Notes: generated by a model not told the origin, from the sequence alone. Positions 20,592 through 31,170 are shown, counted from the first letter of the stretch. The stretch: 64,000 bases of DNA from Candidatus Latescibacterota bacterium (GCA_965217865.1 CBDCJO010000002.1:2944001-3008000); one strand, 5' to 3'. Numbers and translations: made by a program.

Positions 20592-21836
20592 ATGGCACTA
20601 AAGCTGATCGGCCGCCAATTCGTTGGTTTTGAACGGGCGTTTTTGAGACAGGCAAAGACCTTCGTCGAAGCAGGCGGGACCGAGGTTGTGACGGAGTTCC
20701 TTGAGGTCGAAGATCTTTACGACCGGATGGTGTCCCGGAAGGGCTGTCTGGCCGCCGATTTTGACCTGATTCTGGCTGTCACAGACTGGTATCCGACGCT
20801 AATCGCACAGGGAGCCCTGGTCCCGCTGGATCCATTGCTTAAAGCGGATCCGCCGCAGGATTGGGAAAGGGGGGGCTGGACGGAAAGTATGTTGACGCTC
20901 CAACGGGAGGACCAGCCCTCGGGTTCGGGCGGAGGGATCTACGGCCTGCCTTATCATGACGGCCCGGAGATGTTGATATTTCGCAGGGACCTGTTCGAAT
21001 CGGAAAGGGAACAGAAGGATTTCGAGGACCGCTTCGGCCGGGCGCTGGAACCTCCGAAGACGTGGGGTGATTTTCTAGAGGTTGCAAAGTTCTTTACACG
21101 TCCCGACGAGGGACTCCACGGTACCATCCAGGCCGCTTTCCCGGACGCTCATAACATTATTTATGATTTCTTTCTTCATCTTTGGACGCGCGGAGGAGAG
21201 GTCCTGGATTCCTCCGGCAAGCCAGCGTTTCAAAGCCAGATCGGGGTGCAAGCGCTCACTTTCTTGAAAGATTTGGTGCACACTCACCGCGTGACGCCCG
21301 CGGACTGCGCTGAGATAGACAGTGTGGAATCCGGAACAAGATTTGCGGCGGGCAATGTGGCGATGATGGTAAACTGGATGGGATTCGCCGCGTTTGCAGA
21401 TTTGGATGAAAGCAGCAGGGTTCGGAAGAAGGTGGGCGGAGGGCTTGTTCCAGCGGGCGAGGGACCCGGGGGGGCCGGCTGCAGCCTGAATATCTACTGG
21501 TGTCTTTCTATTCCTGCGGGATCTCGGGACCCCGAGAATGCTTACCGGTTCATGAAGTGGTGCGCCCGCCCGGATATGGACCTGATTACCTCCGAAGAGG
21601 GCGGGACGGGTGTGCGAAGAAGCACGTGGCGCACGTGTGCGGAACAGGGGGTTGCGGGGTATGCAGAGATGGAGGCGCTGCACGATCACGCGCGTCATCT
21701 CCCACGGGTACCCGCATTCGGTGGGATGAGCGAGATCCTGAACGAACATTTGGACAAGGCTCTGAACAAGGGCGCCGATGTTGAAACGGAATTGCGGCGC
21801 GCGGCTGAGCGGTGCGGGGAACTGCTTAAATATTGA
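20592..21836 (+). CDS. Sugar ABC-transporter substrate-binding family protein, no evident signal peptide
   Basis: YGLPY...LIFRRDLF, PPKTWGDFLEVAKFF, FAAGNVAMMVNW. Confidence 0.85.
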   Translation: MALKLIGRQFVGFERAFLRQAKTFVEAGGTEVVTEFLEVEDLYDRMVSRKGCLAADFDLILAVTDWYPTLIAQGALVPLDPLLKADPPQDWERGGWTESMLTLQREDQPSGSGGGIYGLPYHDGPEMLIFRRDLFESEREQKDFEDRFGRALEPPKTWGDFLEVAKFFTRPDEGLHGTIQAAFPDAHNIIYDFFLHLWTRGGEVLDSSGKPAFQSQIGVQALTFLKDLVHTHRVTPADCAEIDSVESGTRFAAGNVAMMVNWMGFAAFADLDESSRVRKKVGGGLVPAGEGPGGAGCSLNIYWCLSIPAGSRDPENAYRFMKWCARPDMDLITSEEGGTGVRRSTWRTCAEQGVAGYAEMEALHDHARHLPRVPAFGGMSEILNEHLDKALNKGADVETELRRAAERCGELLKY

Positions 21837-21985
21837 GGATTGAATATTTGATATTGATTCGGAGCCTGAGCTGAGCGAACGAAGTGTGCCGAAGGCGCCT
21901 ATAAAGAGGCTGCTTAAATTTTCACCCGATATCACGTGACTTGATGTCACCCGAAGATTTTAATTGTCAACTTGAAGTCTCACCT

Positions 21986-22948
21986 ATGAAAATCCTGATC
22001 ACGGGCATCACAGGACGAATCGGGGCAAATCTCGCGAAGGCCCTTTTGAATGAAGGACATCAGGTCCGGGGTCTCGTTTGGAAAAAGGACCTCAGGATCG
22101 AGAAGCTCCAGGGGCTGGGTGTCGAATTGCAATACGGCAGCGTGACTGAACCGGAGGATGTGGGTCTCGCGGTGGATGGGGCGGCGGCGGTCTACCACCT
22201 GGGGGCGGCATTCCAGGGAGGCGGGCCGTTTACGGCGGCCGACTATTTTGAGATCAACGTCCGGGGTACGTTCAACGTGCTTGAGGCAGCAAGACAGGAG
22301 AAGGGCTTTCGGCAGTTTCTGTTCGCCAGCACGGATGCGGTCTATGAGAAGTACGTGCCCGGGGGGATGGAAGAACCGATACGCGAAGACTTTATTGCCG
22401 TCCGGCCGCGAGGCTGTTATCCTCTTTCCAAGTCACTCGGGGAGGATCTTTGCAAGGGTTACTGGCGAACGTACGATACCCCGATCACGATTCTGAGGTT
22501 TTGTTACGTGGCGGGCGCCGGAGAGATTCTCGAATTTAAACCGTTTTATTTAGCACAGGCACCGGATGGCCGGAAACAGGATGAGGTGCGGCTAGTGGTG
22601 CTTAAGGATTCGAACGGGAGGCCTTACAAAAAGCATATCGCGGATGTGCGGGATATCGTTCAAGGATGTCAGTGCGCCTTGGAGAAATCTGAGGCGATAG
22701 GTGAGGCGTTCCAACTGGCAGGTCCCCGGCCCTTTACGTGGGATGAAGCCGTACCCCATCTCTCAGAGGTCCTGGATATTTCGTACACCGAGGTGATATC
22801 CCCGGAGGTGCCCACTTTTTATGAATTCGATCTTTCGAAATCGCGAGATCTGTTAAATTTCCAACCCCAATATGACATTATTCGGATGATCGATGATGCT
22901 GTGGCCTTTCGAAATGGGGAGGAGATCGGTGTTTTGAGGACGGATTGA
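21986..22948 (+). CDS. NAD-dependent epimerase/dehydratase
   Basis: ITGITGRIG, NVRGTFNVLEAA, FASTDAVY, YPLSK. Confidence 0.9.
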   Translation: MKILITGITGRIGANLAKALLNEGHQVRGLVWKKDLRIEKLQGLGVELQYGSVTEPEDVGLAVDGAAAVYHLGAAFQGGGPFTAADYFEINVRGTFNVLEAARQEKGFRQFLFASTDAVYEKYVPGGMEEPIREDFIAVRPRGCYPLSKSLGEDLCKGYWRTYDTPITILRFCYVAGAGEILEFKPFYLAQAPDGRKQDEVRLVVLKDSNGRPYKKHIADVRDIVQGCQCALEKSEAIGEAFQLAGPRPFTWDEAVPHLSEVLDISYTEVISPEVPTFYEFDLSKSRDLLNFQPQYDIIRMIDDAVAFRNGEEIGVLRTD

Positions 22949-22986
22949 TGTGGTTCAGGGATTTATTTGGAAATCCATAAAATTGT

Positions 22987-23016
22987 TTGAAAAGTGCATC
23001 CGAAATGGTGTATACT
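22987..23016 (+). promoter_or_regulatory. Putative sigma-70 promoter
   Basis: TTGAAA-18 nt-TATACT. Confidence 0.45.
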
Positions 23017-23234
23017 ATGGAGAGCACCCTCGCCCGGGATGGCGGGGGTCTTCCAATCAAGCGGAAAGAGTAAGAAACTGTTACAATCATCTGTGTTTGA
23101 AAGGAGGCGGATTTCGATGAGGGAGCAAATCCGAGACAGTAAAGACGGCATATCGCATCCGCCTCTAGAGAGGGATTGACGGATCTTCCGACTTTTGGAT
23201 CTTTGACATAGTTCTGGATGCAGATCCTCTGGAG

Positions 23235-23265
23235 CCGCGGGTGAGCTACGCCCGGCGGTTTTTTT
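23235..23265 (+). terminator. Terminator/attenuator upstream of the sigma-4 gene
   Basis: ccgcggg...cccggcgg imperfect stem followed by T7. Confidence 0.6.
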
Positions 23266-23308
23266 GTTGCCTTGATGAAATCCAATTCCGGAGGAGAGCA
23301 ACGGTTCT

Positions 23309-23719
23309 ATGTATAATCCTGATTTTTGGGAGATCCCAATCGATAACGCGGAATTAGAACAGTTTCCGAACGAGGCCGGTGCCTGGTTCGAATCCGGGGA
23401 GGAACGGGGGGGACGATATGGATGGGAGGACCAGGTCCGTAACCTGATTGCTTTGCTGATGGATAGGATCTCTGAGTCGTTGACGCAGAGACAACGGGAG
23501 GCGATCGTTTTATACTTTCTCCACCGGAAGACCCAGCAGGAGACGGCGGAAATCCTAGGGATTTCGAGGCGGGTCCTCGGTCAACACCTCTTCGGGATCT
23601 TCCGGAACGGCAAACGGGTCGGTGGGGCCATCAAGAAGATCCAAAAATTATGTTCGAAACGGGGAATCGATATCCCGGGCAGGCATGTGAATGCCGGATC
23701 TCATGATCCGGTCTGCTGA
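23309..23719 (+). CDS. Stand-alone sigma-70 region 4 HTH protein
   Basis: LTQRQREAIVLYF..KTQQETAEILGISR; GGAGGAG RBS; no region 2. Confidence 0.8.
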   Translation: MYNPDFWEIPIDNAELEQFPNEAGAWFESGEERGGRYGWEDQVRNLIALLMDRISESLTQRQREAIVLYFLHRKTQQETAEILGISRRVLGQHLFGIFRNGKRVGGAIKKIQKLCSKRGIDIPGRHVNAGSHDPVC

Positions 23720-23882
23720 CGGTTGGAGACCCCGAGTGGGTTCGAACCGGCCGTCGGCAGCATCCCGCGAAGAGCTGCCGCGGAAGCGAATCGCGAAAAT
23801 CAGAAAGGAGGTGGTTGCATGCAGTCAACCACAAGGAGGTGGGTCGTCTGATCTGATCAGGCGATTCATCTCACACAGTGGA

Positions 23883-23918
23883 CCCGGACGCCTCTACCAG
23901 AGGTGTCCGGGATTTTTT
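23883..23918 (+). terminator. Strong terminator, possibly bidirectional
   Basis: cccggacgcctct-acc-agaggtgtccggg followed by atttttt; between convergent genes. Confidence 0.8.
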
Positions 23919-23934
23919 ATGGGTATTAAGCTCC

Positions 23935-25354
23935 TCAATACCCTCGATTCCCCGGGATCACGCCGAGTTCCTCTCGAAGTTGCGTGCATTTCCGTTCCCA
24001 CGCATCGATCCGATCCTGCATCTGGCATACCCAGGAAGGCTCCGATCCGGAACCATCGTTCAATACGTTGCACAGTTCTTTGGGATCGATCCTCAGATCG
24101 TAGGCTTCGTCTCCGTACTGATCGTCACGCAGATAAGAATAATCGGCGGTGCGGCCCGCCTGAACCAGGCTCTTTCGCCGACCCGACTCGAAAGTCCCTG
24201 TGGGTAAGGTGGTCTTAAGTTGCCCGTGGTAGTCTCCAACTTGGGCGAATACGCAGTCGTGCAACGGGTCTTCCGTCCCCTCTTCGATCCATTCGATGAG
24301 ATCCTTACCCTGCGCGTAGTGCGGAATCTCAAGATCGGCGATGCGCAGCATCGTGGTGAAGCAATCGACGGTGCTGACGAGGCCGTCGATGCGTCTGTTA
24401 CGCGGTGCGTTTGATCCAGTGGGTGCGGCGATGATAAGCGGTACGTGAGTCAGGCATTCGTATGGCACTTCGCATTTCTCGAAGAGGCCTTTCTCGGACA
24501 TAAAGTCCCCATGGTCTGACGCGAAGACGATCCACGTATCGTCCAACAACCCCTTTTTGGACAGGATCTGGTAAAGACGCTCCATCTGTGTGTCGACATA
24601 GGCGATCATGCCGTAGTAGACCGCTACGATTTTTTTCAGATCGTAGTCGTTCGCAGAAGATAGGCTTATCTCCTCCAGCGCCTGAAGCTGCCAGGCCGGC
24701 CTACCCGGGCCACCCCCCTTGGTTCGGCAGTTTTATCCCGGCAGGATCGACCAGGGAGTCGAATGGGGGCGGGACAAAATATGGCGGGTGCGGGTCGTTG
24801 AAAGATATATGAATGAAAAACGGGGCTCCGGCCTTGACCGCATCGTCGATCATCTCGACGGCCCGGTTTCCCAGGATGGCCGAATGGCCCTGGTCGGCAG
24901 GACAGTTCAATCCCCCGGCCGACCAGCCGCAGTCGCTGCGTCCGTGGGAGTACTTATACTCCAGGGCTTCGTGGAGTTCGCCCGCTTCCCTTAGGTCGGC
25001 CTGGACGTGCCACCCCCGACCCAGGTCGCGTCCCTGTTCGAAGTGGCCGGCTGCTGCCGTGTAATAACCATCCGCAGCGAATAGCTCAGGGAGTTGGGGC
25101 AGATTCCACGGCGCTTTGTTCTGCCAGCACGTGACCTGGTGCACGAGCGGATATACACCTGTCATGACAGATGCCCGGCTCGGGGTGCAGATGGTACTGG
25201 CGGTATAAGCTTGGCCGAAGGTGATTCCCTCGGCGGCCAGTCTCTCGGTGAAAGGGCATGAAATTAAGGGATTGCCGTATACACTCGTGGCCGACGCCTT
25301 CTGCTGGTCAGCAGTTAAATAGAGGATGTTGGGACGCGGATTTGTGTGGGCCAT
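23935..25354 (-). CDS. Sulfatase (Cys-type formylglycine), split by one frameshift at ~24715
   Basis: RPNILYLTADQ, CTPSRAS, DPHPPY, YYGMIAYVD, SDHGD; removing one base from the C6 run at 24713-24718 fuses the two ORFs. Confidence 0.88.
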
Positions 25355-25461
25355 GGATCACGCTCTACCGGTATGGAAATGGCAAAGTGCAAAGTAAACA
25401 ATGAAAAATGATCGTCCTTTTGCCTGTTCTTCCCTATGAGGCCATCCCAGAGGAAACGGGG

Positions 25462-25767
25462 TCAATTTTCATTTTTTACAATTTTTCCCCTGGCTTGAGA
25501 GGCAAAACCGGAGACATTGTGGATATGGACGTGGTCCCCTGCGTGAATGTCATCAGCGGCTCTTCCGATCCTATGGCCGAACTTGATCACGTTATCTCCC
25601 TTGGGGATGTCCCGGAGGGCGATTTTGTGACCGGCCGGTATGGTCGTGTTTGCCTGAATACGGGAACGCTTGGATCCAAGGACGATTTCCGTGGAATCCC
25701 CGGGATCCAGGGGATCGACGCTCATGGCGACGTTGTCATCTGGATGGATGGCGATGGACAGGTGCAT
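25462..25767 (-). CDS. SAF-domain small subunit of a UxaA/SuyA-family dehydratase/sulfo-lyase
   Basis: HPDDNVA, IPAGHKIAL, VIKFGHRIG, GDHVHIHNV. Confidence 0.9.
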   Translation of the reverse strand: MHLSIAIHPDDNVAMSVDPLDPGDSTEIVLGSKRSRIQANTTIPAGHKIALRDIPKGDNVIKFGHRIGRAADDIHAGDHVHIHNVSGFASQARGKIVKNEN

Positions 25768-25768
25768 G

Positions 25769-26959
25769 TCAGAAGATGTCGTAGCGGATAGAGATCTCCT
25801 GGACACCGATTCGTCCGAGGACCTCAGTGGCGGTAAGCCGTCCCGAAGCGGTTCGTCTCACCAGGTTGAAGATCTCTTCACCAAGCTGGTCGACGGATTT
25901 CTCTCCTCTTGCGATGGGTTCGGCATCGAAGTCTGCGGCGCTTGTGACCTCCCGTGCGTATCGGGTGCTGCTGATGATCTTCAGGAGGGGCAAAACGGGA
26001 AAGGCGGTGTCCGTGCCCATCATGATGGGCGTACGGTTGGTGGGCCCGGAACCTGAGGTGCCGATCACAAGCTGTGTCCCGGCCGCGGCGGCTCCACTGA
26101 ACACCCGGCTTGAGCCCGCGGGGGAATCCATCATGTGGAGGCCCGGAACGGACGGCGCCTGACCGTATTCCAGCATCCCTTTAATCGGATGCGACCCAGC
26201 CTTTATGATGGCACCAAGACTCTTTTCTTCCAGAGTGGTGAGGCCCGACGCGATGTTGGCGGGCACGGGGTCGGCCCCTCCGATGTCGAGGCCGAGGGCT
26301 TCGATTCTGTTCCTGAGATCCTGGACCAATTCCTGGATCTGGTTAGCGATCTCCGGCGTCGCGGCCCGCTCGATCAGCAGGTGTTCGGCCCCGATAATTT
26401 CCGGGGTCTCACACAGGAGAACCGTTCCTCCGGCATCGATCAGCCGGTCCATGGCCGCCCCGCATGCGGGATTTGCAGTGAGGGCGGAAAGAGTGTCAGA
26501 ACCCGCGCATTTGACTGCGACGGTGAGATCTCCCTCGGCACAGGGTTCGCGATTCTTCTCGGAGAGATCCTGGGTCATTTTCGAGGCCAAGCTCACCCCT
26601 TCCTCCACGGCGCGGTAGAGGCCCCCGAGTTTGTCCACATCGAGGTATTCGACAGGTTTTCCTATGGCACCGAGGCCGTCCAGGATCCGATCTGTTGGGA
26701 GCATGCCGTAACCGATATCCACCAGGACTGCGGCGCCGACATTCGGGTTTCGAATCCAGCCCCTGAGTACCCGGACGATACGGTCCTGATCCGGGGCGAG
26801 ATGACCGATTCCCTGTTTGTAGAGGAGGGGGACCGCACCGGAAACCTCATCGGCGATGCGTGAGACGATGGGATTGACGGCCACTTCGACAGATATAATC
26901 GCGACGTGGTTGCGGATGCCGGGAGGTCCGATTTCGCGGTGGTAACCGAGGAAGCCCAT
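25769..26959 (-). CDS. UxaA/GarD/SuyB-family large subunit
   Basis: GIRNHV, NPNVGA, KCAGSD, ANPACG, ETPEIIGAEH, NIASGLTTLEEKSLG. Confidence 0.9.
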   Translation of the reverse strand: MGFLGYHREIGPPGIRNHVAIISVEVAVNPIVSRIADEVSGAVPLLYKQGIGHLAPDQDRIVRVLRGWIRNPNVGAAVLVDIGYGMLPTDRILDGLGAIGKPVEYLDVDKLGGLYRAVEEGVSLASKMTQDLSEKNREPCAEGDLTVAVKCAGSDTLSALTANPACGAAMDRLIDAGGTVLLCETPEIIGAEHLLIERAATPEIANQIQELVQDLRNRIEALGLDIGGADPVPANIASGLTTLEEKSLGAIIKAGSHPIKGMLEYGQAPSVPGLHMMDSPAGSSRVFSGAAAAGTQLVIGTSGSGPTNRTPIMMGTDTAFPVLPLLKIISSTRYAREVTSAADFDAEPIARGEKSVDQLGEEIFNLVRRTASGRLTATEVLGRIGVQEISIRYDIF

Positions 26960-27343
26960 AACGATGAGAGACAACTAACGAAAGATAGAATAGATAAATA
27001 TCTTGGAAGTGAAAAATCTGCGAGAACGCGTTATGGATTTTAACGCTTCACGGAAGGGATAATGAAGATAAGCTATGTATTATCATATAGATTTATACTT
27101 CGAATCGGTTTCGATAGAAAAATTCGAAGGAATATACCTATTTTCAACCGGCTCAATCAAGCAATTTTTACCGTCACTTTCACTGTCGAGTAATATAAGA
27201 GATGGATCAGGGGGGCCGGCAATCGAAGAGGTGATTGGGAAAGGAAAAATTTGGGTTGACAGAATCCAATGCGCCATCGAATTTGTGAGAAGTCCGCAGC
27301 TTCGGATTTCGTGAATCGGGGTCAGAGGGAGAAGCCGAATTAG

Positions 27344-30034
27344 ATGATCACGCAAGAGTTGGAGATCCACGCGCAGGAACGGGGGGGGAAAATCGCCCTT
27401 CAGTTGCGAGGTGAGGACGGCACCGAACAGTTGACCTATAGTGACCTGTGGGGGCGCGTCCGCTCAGCCGCTACTTGCCTGAGCGTTTCGGGGATTTCCA
27501 AGGGGGATCGGGTTGTGCTCTGTGCCGAAAACAGCCTAGAATGGATCATTGCCTATTTGGGGATTCACTTTTCCGGGGCTGTCGTGGTTCCGATAGACGC
27601 GCAGTACGGGATTTCAGAACTGAATAACCTCCTGGAGTTCTCCCGGCCGAAGGCGATGATATTGGACGAAGCGAGGATCGACCAGGCGAGCCTGCGTGAT
27701 AAATCTTTGGTATGGGCCGTGCGGGAACTTTGTCGTCTCTCGACAACCCCGGAATCTTCGGGATTGGACAAAAAATTTGAACCGTATGTCCACGACCCGG
27801 AAGATGTGATGTCCATTGTGTTCTCGTCGGGCACCACGGGAAATCCGAAAGGGATTCAGTTGACGTGTGGAAATATCAACAGCAATATCCATGGAATTGT
27901 GAAAGGAATCTGCATTTCTCCAAGTGACAATATTCTCAATATTCTCCCCCTCCACCATACCTATTCAAATACGTGTGCATTGTTGGCCCCCCTGATGGTC
28001 GGGGCCACCGTCACCCTCTCCTTCTCCCTGAAGGGGTCCGATATAGTTGAAACGATGCAGAAGACCGGCGTGACCATTCTCCCGGGAGTACCCCAACTGT
28101 TTACCCTTTTTGACAGAGCCATTTTCCAAAAGGTCGAAGGATTGGGGATGGTCGGAAAAAGTCTTTTCTGGATATTATACGCCCTATCGAGGTGGGTCCG
28201 TATCGCAACGGGAATCCGCATCGGAAAATTGTTTTTCAAAAAGATTCATCGTCAGTTCGGAAAGCGGTTTCGAATGTGTGTAAGCGGGGGGGCAAAGCTG
28301 GATCGACAGGTTTCCGAGCGATTCCTGAACTTGGGCATCCTGATTCTGGAAGGCTATGGTTTGACGGAAACCTCACCCGTAATTTCTTTCACCCCCGTGT
28401 CGAAACCGAGACCGGGTTCCGTCGGGTGGCCGCTTGAGGAGGTGGAGGTGAGGATCGATCGACCGGATAGAACCGGTGTCGGGGAGATCTGTGTGCGGGG
28501 ACCCAATGTCATGAAAGGATACTTCCAGAACCCTCAGGCCACCGAGGAGGTCCTGCGTGAAGGTTGGTTTCACACCGGAGATTTAGGATATATCGATTCG
28601 GATTCGATGATTCGAATCACCGGTCGGGCAAAGGAGGTCATCGTCCTCCCCTCAGGAAAAAACATCTATCCTGAGGAGGTAGAGGGCCATTACGAGAATA
28701 CTCCCCTTGTGAAAGAGGTTTGCATCCAGCCGATAGCATCGAATGATGGAATGGTCGTGGGACTGCGCGCGATCGTAGTGCCCGACGCCGAGGAGATGGC
28801 CGCCCGAAAGGTCGTGCAGCCCCGCATGCGAGTGCGGGATGAATTGGCCAAAAAAGCAGGGACGCTCCCGAGTTATCTCCGGATCGGAGACCTGGTCCTT
28901 TACGAGGGGCCGTTTCCCCGGACCCGTCTGGGAAAGTTGCGACGCAGTATGATTGCAGACCATGTTTCCCTGAAGAGGTCTTCTGTATCCGTTTCGGGCG
29001 ACCCCGAAATCTCATATGAACAGAAGACAATGATGACCCATCCATCGGTTGAGCGGTTTCTCGGGCGATTCGAAGAAGTGACTGATATCAGAGGGCCCTT
29101 TACACCCTCTCAGGATCTGGAGATCGATCTGGGGTTGGACTCGCTCACCCAGGTTCAGGTCTCCGCGTTGCTCGAACAGGAGTTCGGGGTGGTGATTCCG
29201 GATGATCAAGCGGCTTCGGTCAGAACGATCGGAGATCTCCTCGATCGGATCCTATCGGGCGAGGATCAGGCGTTGGAGGAATCGGATGGAAGGAAAGGGC
29301 GGTTGCGTCGGGAAGATGCCTACGATTGGCAAAGGAGGCTCTCCGAACCGTCCCGACGCCCCCTGGATGTCCAATTTAATATAAGGCGTGGGATTTTTGG
29401 GCGACTCTCGGTCCTGGTGGTGAAGGTTTTTACCTTGGCTTTAGCCCTGTTCGCCCATCAAACCAGACTTGTAGGGAGGGAAAGGCTTCCCGGGACGGGT
29501 CCCTTTCTGATTTGCCCCAATCACCAGAGTTATATCGACCCCCTTTTGATCTATGCCCTTTTCCCGACCCATGTGGTCCAACGGATCTTCTTTGTGGGGT
29601 TCGCAGAGTTCTTTCGGAAGCCTCCGTTGTCCTGGTTGATTCGATTCGGCAGAGTCATTCTGACGGGAGGCGCGGGGATGATTGAGGAGTCTCTCAGGCT
29701 TTCCTATCAAGGGCTCGTAAAAGGGATGGTGGTTTGTACCTTTCCGGAAGGGGGTCTCTCGACCACGGGAGAGGTGGGGAAGCCTTCAATCGGCGCGGGA
29801 ATCCTTTCCGTCGAGGCAGGGGTTCCGATCGTGCCCGTCCTGATTCAAGGAGCTGTTAATTCGCTCTCCAATTTGCGTCCCGGATTCAGGTTCTGTAAAA
29901 TTCGCATCGTGGTCGGTTCTCCCCTTTGGCCCCCTGCCCATAGGGAAGGGACAGAAACCCATACATATCAAGAAATGGTCGACAGGTGGTACCGGGCCAT
30001 CCGAACCATGAAGGGAGAGAAAGAGGGTAGATGA
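27344..30034 (+). CDS. Long-chain acyl-AMP/CoA ligase - ACP - PlsC acyltransferase fusion
   Basis: FSSGTTGNPKG, EGYGLTETSP, TGDLG, DLGLDSL (phosphopantetheine Ser), NHQSYID, FPEG. Confidence 0.92.
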   Translation: MITQELEIHAQERGGKIALQLRGEDGTEQLTYSDLWGRVRSAATCLSVSGISKGDRVVLCAENSLEWIIAYLGIHFSGAVVVPIDAQYGISELNNLLEFSRPKAMILDEARIDQASLRDKSLVWAVRELCRLSTTPESSGLDKKFEPYVHDPEDVMSIVFSSGTTGNPKGIQLTCGNINSNIHGIVKGICISPSDNILNILPLHHTYSNTCALLAPLMVGATVTLSFSLKGSDIVETMQKTGVTILPGVPQLFTLFDRAIFQKVEGLGMVGKSLFWILYALSRWVRIATGIRIGKLFFKKIHRQFGKRFRMCVSGGAKLDRQVSERFLNLGILILEGYGLTETSPVISFTPVSKPRPGSVGWPLEEVEVRIDRPDRTGVGEICVRGPNVMKGYFQNPQATEEVLREGWFHTGDLGYIDSDSMIRITGRAKEVIVLPSGKNIYPEEVEGHYENTPLVKEVCIQPIASNDGMVVGLRAIVVPDAEEMAARKVVQPRMRVRDELAKKAGTLPSYLRIGDLVLYEGPFPRTRLGKLRRSMIADHVSLKRSSVSVSGDPEISYEQKTMMTHPSVERFLGRFEEVTDIRGPFTPSQDLEIDLGLDSLTQVQVSALLEQEFGVVIPDDQAASVRTIGDLLDRILSGEDQALEESDGRKGRLRREDAYDWQRRLSEPSRRPLDVQFNIRRGIFGRLSVLVVKVFTLALALFAHQTRLVGRERLPGTGPFLICPNHQSYIDPLLIYALFPTHVVQRIFFVGFAEFFRKPPLSWLIRFGRVILTGGAGMIEESLRLSYQGLVKGMVVCTFPEGGLSTTGEVGKPSIGAGILSVEAGVPIVPVLIQGAVNSLSNLRPGFRFCKIRIVVGSPLWPPAHREGTETHTYQEMVDRWYRAIRTMKGEKEGR

Positions 30035-30151
30035 TAATTGAAGATTGAAAGCCCGCAGAGTATTGACTCGAGCTCACTATCCGTTAACTGGAAGTTTGGG
30101 AAATGGGGAGTGGGAGATTGGAACCTGAAACCGTTTCTAAGAGGATGAACG

Positions 30152-31120
30152 ATGAAAGCGATCCGCATTCACGAACATGGGGGGCCTGATGCCCTCCGCT
30201 ACGAAGACGTCCCGGATCCAAAACCCCGAGATGGTGAGGCCTTGGTAAAATTAGAGGCCATCGGGCTGAACTATATCGATACCTACCATCGAACGGGCTT
30301 GTATCCGTTGGGGTTGCCTTTTATTCCGGGTCTTGAGGGGTCGGGGATCGTGGAGTCTGTCGGCAGCGGTGTGTCCGAGGTAGCTGTTGGGGACCGGGTG
30401 GCGTATGGTTCGGTGCCAAATTCGTATGCGGATTTCGTCGTGGCCCCCGGGGAAAAGCTTGTTCGACTCCCCTCGGATTTGGATACGAAAACCGGAGCCG
30501 CGGCAATGTTACAGGGAATGACGGCTCACTACCTTGCGCACGCCACCTATCCGTTAAAGAGAGGGGACACCGCCCTTGTACATGCTGCGGCGGGCGGGGT
30601 GGGGCTTCTTCTTGTTCAGATGGCAAAACGGTGCGGCGCACGGGTGTTCGGCACGGTCTCCACGGAAGACAAGGCCAAATTGGCGCGAGAGGCAGGGGCC
30701 AATGAGGTGATATTATATTCTGAACAAGACTTCCTTTCAGAAGTCAAACGGTTAACGGACGGACGGGGTGTGGACGTTGTTTACGACTCGGTGGCCAAAA
30801 CGACTTTTGAGAAGAGTCTAGACTCGTTGAGACCCCGAGGATATCTGGTGCTATTCGGACAGTCGAGCGGACCCGTTCCTCCCATCGATCTGATTATCCT
30901 GAGTCAAAAGGGCTCGTTGTTTATTACCCGTCCGTCCCTGGGGAGCTATACGTCCACACGTGAAGAGCTCCTACATCGTGCGGAAGACGTCCTGGGGTGG
31001 GTTTCATCAGGGGAACTGAAGCTGCGAATCGGTGAGACGCTTCCTCTTTCAGAGGCCGCGGAAGCACATCGTCGACTGGAAGGTCGAAAGACCACGGGGA
31101 AGGTGTTGTTGATACCCTGA
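30152..31120 (+). CDS. qor: NADPH:quinone oxidoreductase (zeta-crystallin family)
   Basis: [39 protein letters not shown]. Confidence 0.93.
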   Translation: MKAIRIHEHGGPDALRYEDVPDPKPRDGEALVKLEAIGLNYIDTYHRTGLYPLGLPFIPGLEGSGIVESVGSGVSEVAVGDRVAYGSVPNSYADFVVAPGEKLVRLPSDLDTKTGAAAMLQGMTAHYLAHATYPLKRGDTALVHAAAGGVGLLLVQMAKRCGARVFGTVSTEDKAKLAREAGANEVILYSEQDFLSEVKRLTDGRGVDVVYDSVAKTTFEKSLDSLRPRGYLVLFGQSSGPVPPIDLIILSQKGSLFITRPSLGSYTSTREELLHRAEDVLGWVSSGELKLRIGETLPLSEAAEAHRRLEGRKTTGKVLLIP

Positions 31121-31170
31121 GAAGGACTGTTGTTAGTGAGGGTGGGCTCCGACCCCCGAGGATCCGGAAG

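Noticed and set aside
23723-23755. tRNA-3'-end-like string TGGAGACCCCGAGTGGGTTCGAACC on the minus strand
   Set aside because: The T-stem pairs poorly and no acceptor-stem partner or anticodon arm is present.
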